DNA of 63,355 bases, filler included, from Phoronis australis (taxonomy: Eukaryota > Animalia > Phoronida): assembly GCA_002633005.1 (NCBI GenBank). It is 4 parts of 4 records of this genome, joined end to end, with 100 filler letters (N's around TTAATTAATTAA, not from the genome) between each part and the next. Parts side by side here need not be neighbours in the genome. Positions count along the whole stretch, not along the records: positions 1 to 31,623 come from NMRA01000530.1; positions 31,724 to 53,665 come from NMRA01001401.1; 2 more parts are not named here. The stretch is one strand, 5' to 3'. Positions 26,050 to 38,929 of the stretch are shown here, piece by piece; within the stretch, counting starts at the first letter, position 1, and each line of letters begins with the position of its first letter. The notes below the pieces were generated by a model. It was not told where the DNA came from, did no database searches, and worked only from the letters and a program-made list of their open reading frames with translations. Made by a program: the position numbers and the translations under genes.

Positions 26050-27780
26050 GAATTCATTCAAGAGACTTGTTTGTTTTTTGAAACTCTGTACAGAACGAGG
26101 CCAACTAGCGATGGCAATTTGGATAATTTTTAAAAAGAAGCAATATACCTAGAATGAAAATGAAATAATTCTAACAAATTTGAGGGTCTTCTGACTTATC
26201 AGAAAATTGCCAAATGCTTGAAAAATAAATAAAATTCAGAGCCATGGTTCCAATGGGTTTACCACTGAGTTCTTTAAATTTTTTCGGAATGACATGGGCA
26301 TTTGTACTCCGATTTATTAATAACGGATTTGCAATAGTTCAATTCTATTTGTCTTTCACTTAGAAAGTAGGCATTATTACACGCATTGCCATACTCAACA
26401 GTGCAGACAAAGGTAAACATTTTCTTAAAAACTTACGCCCTGTGTCTCTTCTCATTGTCAGTTATAAAATTGTGTCAGCAGCATTTGCAGAATAAAGCCT
26501 ATATTAGGGAAACTTGTTCACAAGGATCAGAGTGGCTACACTTCAGGAAAAAAATGGCCGATAACATTCGGGTGATATACATGTACGATCTATTTGATGA
26601 CTGACAGAAAATCCAAATACCAAAGCTACTACATGTACTTCAAATATATTTTGACTCATTGATTTGGCGAAGTATTATCTTTTTTAATTTTGGTTGTAAA
26701 TTAAGACATGAGTCAAGGTTTTTCATAAAATTATCAAATCATGTTCTTGTTAATGGTCATCCTTCACGTTGGTTCAAAATGCAGAGAGGACTTAGACACG
26801 ATGACCCATTAACTTCTTATTTCTTGATTATTTGTGCAGAAACATTGTCTCTCATAATCAGACATAACAAAAATATAAATGAAACTAAAATCAAAGGTCG
26901 TGGGTTCGTATTAACCCAATATGCATACGACACTTCTATTAAATTAGACGGATCGGACGTCTTTACGATCTACTTGAGAGGTTTCGAATCTGCGGATTTC
27001 TCTGGCCTCCGGGTGAATTAAGGGCAAACTAAAACAATTTGGTTTGCGGTATGACTGAAAAAAACTCTGTCAGAGTACAGCTATCATGGATTAATACAAG
27101 TTTTAATTGATTGAGAATTAACTCCCACGTTCGCTTACACGATATGTTAGATTAGAATTAGTTGGTGAGATTAAATGATTTTGAGGTAATTTTGAAAAAG
27201 GAGTTGACGCCTTCTAGGAGAATAACAGTAATCAATGCCCTTGACGTTTCAAAACCTGTGGATCTTCTGATATTCTTTCCACAACATTCCATAAAATTAA
27301 GTGTTCCTGAGCTATTTGTACATGTAATTATAATGAAGGAGGGTGCATAATGATTAACATGTTTTCCTTCGATCTGCAAGGCTTTCAAGATAAAAAATAT
27401 TAGCAGAGTTGATAGACGATCACTCCAGGTCCTCCTACTTGTTACATTTAATTTTCCAGAAATCAGAAATCTGGCCTGTATGGCTTTGACTTTACTGAGA
27501 CAAAATTGCTTCATATTGAGTCACATGTATAACGATTCTTTGAATATGTTCTTTCAGAAATCGTTTAGAAATCACGAATCATACCGATTTTCTTAACCAA
27601 CATATATGATCGAGCATCGACCTTTAGGCAGTACGTAGCCGGGGGGAAAGCATTTCTACACGAACTGGTTTCTCAAATGCATACCATTCATTAAGGACTT
27701 GTTTTCTCCAGAGGGCAATTCCTTGAGTTATAGATTTATGAGATATGTTTCAGTTATCAAAAATACATTTATGGAGTAAA
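26050..27780 (+). mobile_element. L1/Tx1-clade LINE ORF2 (RT) remnant
   Basis: GSNGFTTEFFKFF, RPVSL, KMADNIRVIY, VLVNGHPSRWFKMQRGLRHDDPLTSYFLIICAETLS, LTQYAYDTS (decayed QGDP and YADD). Many stops and frameshifts. Confidence 0.9.
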
Positions 27781-29653
27781 AGAGTTTTGTTTCAATAGTT
27801 GTTACGTACAGAAATGTGGCATTGTTAGAATTGGATTGTAAACCTTGATGTTTATTGTCCTATGATGCCACGTGTGTAATGAAACTGAGAAGTGGTGGGA
27901 GGCGGTGTCATCATATCTGTGTCCAACTCTAATACTGTTCTGAAGTTTATAATATGGAGTCAAAATGAATTGAAGAATTGATTGTAAACATAGATACGTT
28001 TTCTTGCGAGGATGTTTACTGCGCTTCATACAACACAAGACATCATAGATGTAGGTGACTCCAGCTTACGCTGATGAATAATTTTTTTTTATTAGCCAAT
28101 CGCAAAATAGGTAGATTGTTTTAATTTGTGTTAAAATTAAGAGGGTATTGACATGAGCTATAGTATTTGAAGCACTTGCTACAGTGTATAGACGAAATTG
28201 TACAACAGAGCCATCTCGTGGAAGACTCTAAAGAGGATCTTGAAAAGGGAAAGGGTTAACGAACAGGAAGTTAACTAAGAGCTTGTCACTTGCATCATGG
28301 ATAGTAAAATAATGCCTATACGTGATGCGTCTCCAGACAGTGACCAGCAAGAAGAATCGTGGGTAGAAGATACTGCCTGCAAGTCTTGTGTCACCATAGA
28401 CTGTGACCAGCAAGTACACTGCCGCAATACATTGTGTGTAGTTTCAAGATTCACCAACGGGACTGTCATCTAAGAAGTGGAGAGTCCTACAACTTGGACA
28501 ACAGAAAAGACATTTGATTATTTTGGTTGATTGATTGAAGTAATTTTTAAAGAGGGCGATAGCGTAATTACTTTTCTTTGTAGCTGAATTCTTCATTAAG
28601 GTTTCACTTGTCTAATTAATGTTTAAAATTTAATAAATAAATTACCGGATTTAATCATTCTCTCTCCATCTACGCACAATGTCAAAGCATAGCTACCTTT
28701 TAAACAAACCCACAGTCAATCCCTGACAGGAAGCAAACTCGAAATCTGCCGGCAGTCGATGAAGTATTTCGACGCTTTTCATTTCATGCAAACTGATACG
28801 AAAAGAAATTAAGTACTAGTCCACGAGAGCGTAGCCATCCAGCGGCAAGGTGGGGGTCACCCGATTTTCACCAAATTTGACACATGGGTAGTCCTATGGA
28901 ATCTATAAACAGTGGCAAAATATTTCCCCTGAATATTACGTTCTACCAAAGTTATAGGCTCCAAAACATTTTACGGCTTCGCAGCCATGTTTTCACGCTG
29001 TAGAAACTGTCCAATTTTAACTGTATATTTCATCCCTTACGCGTTGAATCTGTCGAGGGAAATACGGCCCTGAAATAAAGTTTTCCGTATTCACCTCCCG
29101 CACTACTTCAACAGTGACCTTTGACATGGAAAGTTCAAAAGGTAGGTCAATGTCGACCCGACGTCGTTAGCCGGTTCGATCACCAAATTTCGGAAATTAA
29201 TTTGAAGCAATAGGTTTATAGCAGTGTAAATAACGCTGAACATACAATCAGGTCTCAATCGTAACATCTGGAACAGGACTGTTAATTATATGACAGTGCT
29301 GTCTCAGTTTTCATTTGCTAAATATTTAATCGTCAGCAACTCAGGCGCGGATTCCTCGGTAACTACAGTATCAAATATTGTTGTTTTTTAACTATTGTCA
29401 GGAGATGTTACAAGTCCAGTGAAAAGTTACCCTTATTTTCATCTTTGTTATCTCTTTTCAAGTAATAAATCGTCACATTTAAAACTGTTTCTTTTACTAG
29501 AGAAAAACTTGCAGCCTAACGCGCAAGTACATACATACATACATATAGTATGTAATCAGCCATGTGAACAGTCTGAGTGAAGTATTTAACAAATCTGCGG
29601 AAAAAACGAAAGAACCTTAGGAATTCGAAACGTATGGGATAAATAAGAAAAAA

Positions 29654-29786
29654 GTACCTCTATTAGTGTGCATGAAGTAATGTTCTACTCGACATTATTC
29701 CTAGGATTGACCTCGACATTCGGTCTCGGTCAATACGCGTAGTAATGTCTCGTGGAATATTACTTCATGTACGCCACTCTTGGTAC
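29654..29786. repeat. ~130-bp imperfect fold-back (Crypton-like or MITE hairpin)
   Basis: Nested inverted arms catgaagtaat/attacttcatg, gacatta/taatgtc and attgacc/ggtcaat. Confidence 0.6.
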
Positions 29787-31623
29787 GTTATGTGTATTTC
29801 CCTTGGATGAAAGCTATTGAACTATTGTTCGCTTGGCATTGTTTAGTGTCGCCAGTAGATTGTTACAAAGATGTCTTGAAAAAATACCGATTTACCACTC
29901 TCATTTAGTTGTTTTACTACACTACTCCCGTTGTGCCATGTTAAGGTTATATTTAATATACTGCTTTACCAAATCTTCCCCTACTGCCATGAGAATGAAA
30001 CTTGGACAAATGATGACAAAACAAATTTCTTTCATTGCATCAAATAAAAACTTTGTCAGCCAGTTTTAGTTATACATCTTGGCACCTCAAACATACTAAA
30101 ATGAGGAATTTTCAAATATCTTAGATCAATGCGTCAGCACGTAAAGTCAGATTGTCTTTTTGATATTTTGCAATAGGTTTGTTCCTCCTGAATGTTTTGA
30201 ATGTTTTGCAACTGTTCACCTAGGACTATAGTACTCCTAGATACCATACATGGCTCCATTTTTGTAAGAAGTCGATTATGTCCTCCCCAGTGAACAGGGT
30301 TAGATAAGAACTCGACAAATGCATGTTATTTTGATTTATAATTGTAATGTTTTGTAATTTCCTCATAGGTATTTCTTCACAAATATTCAAATCAGATTGT
30401 CTGTTGATCATATGTTCATGCAATGCATTGTAATATTAAATGAATGGTAAGTTTAGTGGCATAACAACAATTTTTCATACGACTTAAAACAAAGGCCGCA
30501 GAAATCTTTTGTTTTCTTGACGAAATACCAAGTTTGCAGTTCTCTAAAACATTCGAAATAATACGAACGGCAAGACAAACTCCACCACTGTCCGTGGCAA
30601 CTCATTGCATGTATATCGCCCATCGGTCTTATCATTGTTTTCCCTTGTTTTGTCATTGTTGGATATAACTACACAGGAGGAATCGATACAGAACCTTGGG
30701 CGTACATCAGACCGTTGCCGATAAATGCTTGTCATTATCTTTATTATAACAACGGGAACAATGAATATGTTAATCTATTATTTTCTATGCTTTCAGATTT
30801 CTCGCGTATGACCACAGAAGAGAAATCCCAAAGTATCCACAAACACTTATCAAGCACACAAACCCTTTCCGTGGAACCTAGACACCATTTTTATATCCAT
30901 GTATTGTGTTGTATTGCTCATGGTACGGATTCAGATTCCGTTGTATCAAGTCTCCAATCCCCAACCTTGTAATACATGTATGTAGTTTAAGTAAAAGTTC
31001 TAGAAATTGGAAGTTTATGGATTTATTCTCCTTTAAATGAAGAGTACATGTACAGATCAAATTCTGCACTGCTTTTTCTAAAGTAATCACTTACTGCAAA
31101 ATCACACATCTAAAAAATAAAACAATGTTTGACAGTTTTATTTCTTATCTCATTTGAAAGCTTTTATCACTTTCAAGGGCATGGAGTGTTGTACATGCCC
31201 ATGTTATTGTTTTCAATTTTCTCGTGGGGGCAGCTTCGCTATAAGGGCATTACTTACTGCTGGTTTTTAATAAGCATGAAATGTACCTCCACGGAAAAAG
31301 TTCCAGTGTTACCATGGTAACCGATATTTTAGTGTAGATGCCGTTTTTGCTTACATTGGTCATAAATCTATCATGTGTTATCCAAATTATTCAGAAAAGA
31401 TTCTTTTTGAAGCAGTAACTGCAGCAGAAATTTGTAGTCAAAAACGACTCATTCCGTATCAAAAAATTGCCACAATTTGCCATCCAGAAGACTACCCTAA
31501 TATCTCCTAAACCACCAAACTCTGTGGTGTCATACTTCACCCAATGTTTTTCGTCCCTAATGTGATTAATTAGTCTCAAAGTCTGCTAAAGTGGAAACGG
31601 TGACCTACGCTTTTAGAGATTTA

Positions 31624-31723
31624 NNNNNNNNNNNNNNNNNNNNNNNNNNNNNNNNNNNNNNNNNNNNTTAATTAATTAANNNNNNNNNNNNNNNNNNNNN
31701 NNNNNNNNNNNNNNNNNNNNNNN
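31624..31723. other. Artificial contig linker N44-TTAATTAATTAA-N44
   Basis: Identical 100-bp construct also at 53666 and 59601; contains stops in all six frames. Confidence 0.97.
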
Positions 31724-33627
31724 TGCCCAGACTTTGCATGAGCACACCAAGCCTAAAAAATGGGGGGCTGGAATTTCTGAGAATGTTTACCTTTTACTAT
31801 AAGATTCACTGGGTATGTTCAGAGCTATGAATTGCAGACACTAAATTTTGGTACTTCCTGTCATCTAGTGGCCTTTTGTCTCGTTTTTTACTTTTTTATA
31901 AATAGGTAAATAAAACAAGAAGAATGGATCAACTGAAATTTTCGGATATAATAACGTCCTTTGTCAACAGAAACAGAAATAAAGTAAAATCAAACACTAT
32001 ATGACAATTGACATTTAAGATGTGGCGTAATGAATACGATACATTTTTGCGTAAAAAATTCGATGATATAATTTAAGAAGTTTTTTCGGAGTTCGTGCTT
32101 CTCTGACTGAGGCAGACATTTTCCATTTCTCCAAATTGGGCCTCGAGCACATAAGTATGACAAGTCCAATACAAAATGTTATAATTTTTTATTCATTAAG
32201 CCAAAATGACTCAACCTTTTACCATAATAAGTAACTTAAAATGCAAAATACTTTACAACATTTAAGCATTACAAACACTATCCAAGAGCACAAGTTTCCA
32301 TGATATGAAAGTGGACATATTACATGTAATTAATACCATTTTTTATTCATTAAGCCAAAATGATTCAACCTTTTACCATAATAAGTAACTTAAAATGCAC
32401 AATACTTTACAACATTTAAGTATTACAAACACTATCCAAGAGCACAAGTTTCCATGATATGAAAGTGGACATATTACATGTAATTATTACCATGGTGACC
32501 GAATAGTGTTTCCTTACACCAGAATTTGACAAGCACGATTTAAAAAAATATGGAGTTGCAAGGAGGAAGAATTAGAGGTTTGAAGCTTCACAATCCAACA
32601 TAGCTTATTTCTCAAATTAAGATTATTCATTATGCTGACTTGATAACCTGAATTAAGAAAGCAATAAGATACAAAACATGACTTGAAAGCAATTTAGACT
32701 TAAAATTTAGAAAAATATGAATCATTTTTTGACACCTAATCAAGCCTTGAACAGCAGTTGACAGTGAAACAAAAAACATTTCAAAATTATTTCAGCTATT
32801 TTTAGCTTAGTGTAAGATCACCCGAATGGGAAATTCACAGTAAAAAATTCGAATATATCTTATATTTTTTGCACAAAAACGCAAAAATTGAACAAAGTTC
32901 CTTTTTAGCAACGTTTGTCAAATGGTTCAACGTTAAATCTTCACAAATTACGAAGTAACAGGTTAAACATGCCTTCCAGTTCAGCAAAAGTCGCCATGTT
33001 GTCGGTGCCGTCAGAAATGAGTCCAACGAAAAAAAATGGGTTCGACTCATATTGGTTCCTAGGTTCGACCGCCCAACGTAACACTGGAACGAAACACCAA
33101 TGCTATTTTAACAAAAGAAATTTGCACAGGCAGTAGGCCTAAACCAGAGCGTGTTTCATTCAGCACTCGCCGGTCTCCTAGTCATATTGGTTCCTAGGTT
33201 CGACCACGCTACGTAAGGAACTTAACACCAATGCTACTTTAACATAATAAGCACGCGTAACATTCCAAAAAATTCAACGACCACTAGCTACAAACTATAA
33301 CTACACTACATATGCAAACGAATCACGAGATATTACTAATAAAACAAAATAATGAAGACTTTTCGAACAAGCGATAGCACATTCAGTTACAAGGAAAAAA
33401 TGGCGGTGTTCAGGACAAGTTCCTGAACTGATGAGCCGGAAATGTGGGTACGGAAATAACCGATGACAGCTGGTAATTATATGCTCACGGAGAAGGGTCA
33501 AATACTGTTAAAAATCGCTTTTGGCAAGAAAGGCGAAAGAACATAAAGAAAGGGTGTCGAAAATAAGATTTTATGTAGTGAGTATTTTCGGATACTGGAA
33601 CCACATGGGCAGTTTGAAACCAGGACT
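31724..33627 (-). repeat. Repeat family R, copy B (no 4.7-kb insertion; two internal duplications)
   Basis: Reverse complement of 876-1314 + 6044-7420. Tandem ~153-bp duplication at 32185-32492. A ~65-bp unit is repeated at 33048 and 33183. Confidence 0.88.
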
Positions 33628-34079
33628 TTAAGAAAAAGTAACTGAATTACTTTACATTGCGCAAACAGGTTTTTACAAAAGTTGCGTCATGTAGTTGAAA
33701 GTGTTAGACACGTCCAGTTTTTCGGCAAAAAAGGCCAAGCCTATGGATTTTGATGAAATTTCCAAGAGGTTTTGCCCATGTCATAAACCTGAGACTCGTG
33801 TAGAATTCTCTATTTATGTTCGAAGTATGACACCCCTCAACGAGGAGAGTGATGGAGCGGACGAAACCATCAACGAAGCAAAGGCACGTGATCTCGCTCA
33901 GCGACGGGGCAAATATTCAGATTGGTATTGGCACTAAATTAATTTTCTGATTTGCCACGACACTTCGCGGCAATAACCACCAGATAAATTGAAAAGGTTG
34001 ATTGTCTGCTCTGGCAACCAATGTGTTTACCTGCTGTGTAATAAAACGCTTGAAATTAATCTGATGTGTAATTGCTTGT

Positions 34080-34590
34080 ATAACAATGGGTGAATCAACA
34101 ACTTCAAAACTACTTGCCGGACTTCAAAACCAGAGCTGGCTGGACTGCAAAACCCAATGGCCGGTGGTGGGACCTCAAAACAGGTTGGCCATTGCCTCAA
34201 AACCAGATGGCCGCGCCCAAAAAAACTGGTAGGCTGGACCTAAAAGGTTGGTCGGTGCTCAAACACAGTGGCTGAACAAATCGCCGATTTTGAACAAAAC
34301 AAACAAACTGGTACGAAAAATAAACCCAACATGTCATTGGAATCCTTCGAGACATTCAAAGCGAGTCTCTGAGGAAGTCCGATCGTCGTGTTTGATCACC
34401 GGCCAGCTGCTTCTGGCACCGACTACTGTGTTTTGGGTCCAGCCACCTAGTTTTTTGGGTGTGGCCAGCTCGTGTTGAAGTCCGGAAAACGCGTTTGATC
34501 ACCGACCATTTGATTTTGCAGTCCTGCTGACTGGTTTTTAAGTCCGACAAGTGGTTTTGAAGTCGGCCAATTGTTGATTCCTCCGTTGTA
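34080..34590. mobile_element. MITE with long (~80-90 bp) imperfect TIRs
   Basis: gaatcaacaa..acttcaaaactacttgccggacttcaaaaccag..ggactgcaaaa is mirrored by ttttgcagtcc..ctggtttttaagtccgacaagtggttttgaagt..ttgttgattc. Confidence 0.8.
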
Positions 34591-35292
34591 TAAGAAACAT
34601 CTCCAGTAAAAAGTCATGAAATGAATCCAAACTCAATAAAACGAAGCATGTTTTCGAACAATCGCCTCATCGCAACAGCTACGCCTATATTAGAACTTTG
34701 GCGCATGCGCTTGTGTGTGCAACACTTAAAGAAAACCAATTGTCAAGTTTTTAAAAAATGGTATGTATGCCAAACGTCATGCACTACATGTAGTAGGGGG
34801 AACGGGACGAGTTCGCCCAACCCCTTATCTCGAGTAGACGTTTACTAAGCAAACCCACGTATCCGTTGAAAATTTGTGATACCGTAATGTTGCCTCTGGC
34901 ATACCAACATTTAAACAGTGGACGTCTAATACATCCGGCTGATTTCACGAGACAGAATGTCAGTTTTACCAGCTCCAGTAATGTTGGCTCCACTCTGGTG
35001 TTTCTTTTCGCATCAAGTTCAGTTTTGGTATGTAAATTATTACCAAGGTTTGTACTTCAACGTAACCAGTTACCTTTTACCGTTCACGCTGTAATCATGC
35101 TCTTCATTCCATAAATGCTACTGGGGTGAGTCCCCAAACCGCCGCACTCCTTTTGAATGGGACGAGTTCCACCTCAGTNACATGAAAGTTCAAGGCAATG
35201 TCCCAGTCAGCCAAGCAAACAACCAAGTGACACCTGGCTCAGTCTACTTAGGAACATTTAAGTACAACTAAATTCCCTCTAAGTAAATGAAT

Positions 35293-35374
35293 GACTCCGT
35301 GGTGTAGTGATTAAGGTGCTGGACTCAAATATCTGTAGTTTCAGAAGTCGTGGGCTCAAATCCTTCCTCGGACA
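35293..35374 (+). mobile_element. tRNA-Leu(CAA)-like SINE head / pseudo-tRNA
   Basis: TGGTGTAGTGA A-box-like, CTCAAAT anticodon-loop-like, long variable arm, GGCTCAAATCC B-box-like, TCCG/CGGA acceptor pairing. Confidence 0.55.
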
Positions 35375-35699
35375 ATATATAATCAATAAATCACACCACG
35401 ATGAGTGTACCACATACCCGTGCTCGTTCTAACAACGCAGGAACACCTGACGATGGCTGGGGATAGACCGACCGAATTGTCGTGACAACGTAAATAAACA
35501 AGTGGTCGGTGTAAACAGACCAAGAGATTTTAATAATAGTTGTAACACGCCACCACCTCAGAGCGGTTTTAGAAAGTATTTGAAGGTTTAGAAACCAAAG
35601 TGAATCTAAGCACTGGTAAACATCGTATCATATTTAATATATATAGACCACAGTCGATTGCTGAGAGACACGACACTTCCATGACTTCATGTTTGACAT

Positions 35700-36780
35700 T
35701 ATTCCAACAACTTCAAAGTTCATTGCTAAAGAGGGCGACTTCTCGATAGCTGGTGACTTCAATGTCAATTTACTACAAACGAAATTTGGTAATTTTTTAT
35801 CATATGTTAAACCTGTCACTTCTTTCTAAGATAACCTTTCCTACACGTCTCACCAACAACACGTGTACTGTTATTGATCAAATTTAAACAGAATTCTCTC
35901 TAACCACGAACATAGCCGAGGCTGGTACAGGTATACTGCTAAGTTATTTATCGGACATATTTTTGTCTTTCAGTATGAATAACAAAAGTAAAATCTCATC
36001 AACCTCAATTTATTCAGATCAAGTCATATTCAAAAAAATCTCACGCCAATTTTAAAACTGATTTGTCTTCAATTGACGTTGAATCTGTCTTAGATAACGA
36101 TTTATCTCGAAATCCTAGCAACAGTTACAGTCACGCAAGAACAGTTCTTTTAGGTTTGGTAAATAAACATTTCACTCCAAACCCAAACGTTTCAATAAGC
36201 GAAAACATAAACTCAACGACTGGATTACATTGGGTATATTAAAACCAATAAAAGTGTGAGACAAATCAATAAAAAAAGGAAAACAGCACATCCTGATTCT
36301 AATTTTTCTCGCATTTACTCATTAAAACTGCGAAATTATAACAGTATACTTAAATCTGTAATAAAATAAACCAAACGTATGTACTATGAAAAGCAGTTCA
36401 AGCAGCACAAAAACGATATACGCCAAACTTGGCAAGACATCAAAAACGTAATTTCTAATTCATCCATCAGAATAGTTCTCCCTCAGTTTATCACCTCTAC
36501 TGCATCTGGACTGATCAACGGAAATAGCTGATCAGTTCAACAACTAATTATTTAACATTGGAAAGAATTTTGCTTCTCAAATACCAATATGCAATGAACG
36601 TTTAGATAATTATCCCGACGGTTCCATTGATGCTGTCTTTAAGTTTAAAACCATTGATGATGTCGGGGTACTAATGGTAATAAAATATCTAAAATGAAGA
36701 TCTACTACAGACAGTGATTGCCTTTCATGTTTATTCATCAAAATAATCTACCTTATTATTCAAACCAGTTTCTATGATTA
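35700..36780 (+). mobile_element. CR1/L2(Crack/Daphne)-type LINE remnant: AP-endonuclease C-terminus and tether
   Basis: IAGDFNVNLL, FPTR..VIDQI, DWITLGIL, YYEKQFKQHKNDIRQTWQDIKNVI, EIADQFNN..NIGKNFASQI. Confidence 0.85.
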
Positions 36781-36810
36781 TAATTGTAATTGTTCTTCAT
36801 TGTTTATATC

Positions 36811-38520
36811 TTTACTCTGCGCGTACAAGCGCAGAGTACTGTTGTTCCTGGGTTTCCTTCAATTTTATTCTTATTCTTCTTATTCTTCTGATTACTCTGC
36901 GCATGCAGGCGCAGAGTACTGTTGTTCCTGGGTTTTCTTCAATTTTATTCTTATTCTTCTTATTCTTCTTCCGACCAACTTTGACACTTAATAACTCCAA
37001 ATTGGGTGCAGGTACCTTCTTCAAATTCAGCATATAATTTTTGACAGTATATAAATTTTGATTCACCACATAATCATATTCCATAATTAGTCTGCGCGTT
37101 CAAGCGCAGAGTTTTACTGCTCTACGTATTTTATCTTACATTCATTAATTTAGAACAATAATATTCATTGTTATTGATAAGATAGTTAAGGGATTGATAT
37201 TGATAATATTTTTTCGACCCTAAATGCACTAGGATGACCTGAAACGGGTCAATTAGTGCATTTTTTCAAAATGCTTCTACAGTTTTTTAGATAGACTCTT
37301 CGAATTTTGTTAACAAGTAGGGACTAAAGAAGTGCATCAGAAATTTACACGGATTTCCAATCGGACCAAGGGAATTGAGTTTCCAGGTCAAAGGTCATTA
37401 AGTGCAAAAGTGATTTTTGAGCTAGACCTTTCATAATCATGCATATGATTACCATTCATAAGGGGTGCAACATTGGGGTCATTATGTACACTTTCCTGTT
37501 AAATTTAAGACTTTTTCAATCAGCTTGTACTTAATTGATGCATTGGTGAGAGCGTTCAAATTCATGGTGGTTCAACCAATTGCCGATCAAATTCTATTGA
37601 TCCCATGCATTTGACTCAAAATGCACCGGATTGCCCCAAAAAGGGTCAAGGAGTGCATTCCATCGAATTGCTTCTCCTTCTACAGGTTTTTAGATAGATT
37701 CTTCAAATTTTGATAGCAAGAAGGCACTAGAGATCTGCATCCCAAATTTACTTGGAATTCCAATCGGATCAAAGGAACCGAGTTTCCAGGTCAAAGGTCA
37801 TTGAGTGCAAAAGTGATTTTTGAGTGTGAGATTTCATAATCATGCATATGATTACCATTCATAAAGAAAGTTTAGTCACAAACGTTGGGGTCACTAGGAA
37901 CAACTTTGGGGTCATTAAGTGCAATTTTGTGTAAAGTTTAGGACTATTTTAATCAGCTTGCACTTAAATGATGCATTAATAAGAGCGTTCAAATTCATGG
38001 TGGTTCAACCAATTGTCGATCAAATTCTATTGATAATACGTGTATGACCCAAAATGCACTATAGGACCGCAAGAGGGTCAACCAGTGTAATTCTTTGAAG
38101 TGCTTCTTCTTCTGCGATATTTGAGATTGCCTTTTAAATTTCGTGATCAGCTTGGTGCTACATAAGAGCACCCACAACTTGCATGGAATTTCGATCTGAT
38201 CAACTGAACCGAATTTCTGAGAGAAAGGACAGTAAGTGCAAAAGAGATTCTTGAGCTAGACTTTACATAATCATGTCTATCACTTTCATTCGCAAAAAAA
38301 TCCATTCACAAATTTTAGGGTCATTAGGTGCAGTTGTGGGGTCATTAAGGGCAGTTTTCTCTTGGTATTCTAACTTTTCACTCTTGCTCTTTCATAGTTA
38401 CCAGGGACATCTCTGTCTGTCACACAAAAGATGCAAATTCTATGCAATGTAATGCAATGAGCCTGTACTCATTCTGCTTGTGCGTACACCACGCGCAGAG
38501 TTGTAAGTGTGAATTTTCAG
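36811..38520 (+). mobile_element. Helentron-associated (HINE/DINE-1-like) non-autonomous element with internal ~400-430-bp tandem array
   Basis: 5' hairpin ACTCTGCGCGTACAAGCGCAGAGT plus (TTC/TTA) microsatellite, duplicated at 36814 and 36894. Units start at ~37216, 37613 and 38046. 3' subterminal ACGCGCAGAGT near 38491. Confidence 0.75.
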
Positions 38521-38575
38521 TATTCCAGTCTCTTTTTAAAGGTTTTCAATGTTAATATCTCTAACACCAGTTTCC

Positions 38576-38929
38576 TTATATCATCCGGGCAGCCCTATTT
38601 TGGATAACCTGGATGGTTTTCACATCCTTGCATGATGCAACGCCCCACACCGGGAGGCAATAATCTAGGTGAGGTAGAATGATAGCATTAAAAGGGTTTT
38701 CAGTTGAAGATAATTTATTGAATACAAGCCAATCTGAAATGATTGTTGACTCAGAGTTGAGATTGGCCTGGATTTCAGATGAGGTTCTGCCTGCGGACCT
38801 TTTGTTTTCTAAGATGAGGAGCGATTTAAGGAGTTGAGAACCTAATTGATAAAGTGAATGAACAGCTGCAATAATTTTTTTGACCCTAAGTCTCAAGCTT
38901 TCAAGGGTAATGTCATCAATGGTGAGCAT
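38576..38929 (-). pseudogene. L2/CR1-group RT fragment with internal deletions
   Basis: EIQANLNSE..IISDWLVFNKLS fused to FNAIILPHLDYCLPVWG....IQVIQNRAARMI. Confidence 0.85.

Noticed and set aside
28297-28520. Cys-rich PHD-like peptide (CKSC...HCRNTLC...)
   Set aside because: Needs a frameshift and the spacing is only loosely PHD-like.
30560-30972. Open frame with a hydrophobic stretch (LIACISPIGLIIVFPCFVIVG)
   Set aside because: In-frame stop just upstream, no ATG before the hydrophobic segment, no homologous motif recognised.
31668-31679. TTAATTAATTAA palindromes (also 53710, 59645) as regulatory or TSD sites
   Set aside because: Identical synthetic spacers centred in N runs.
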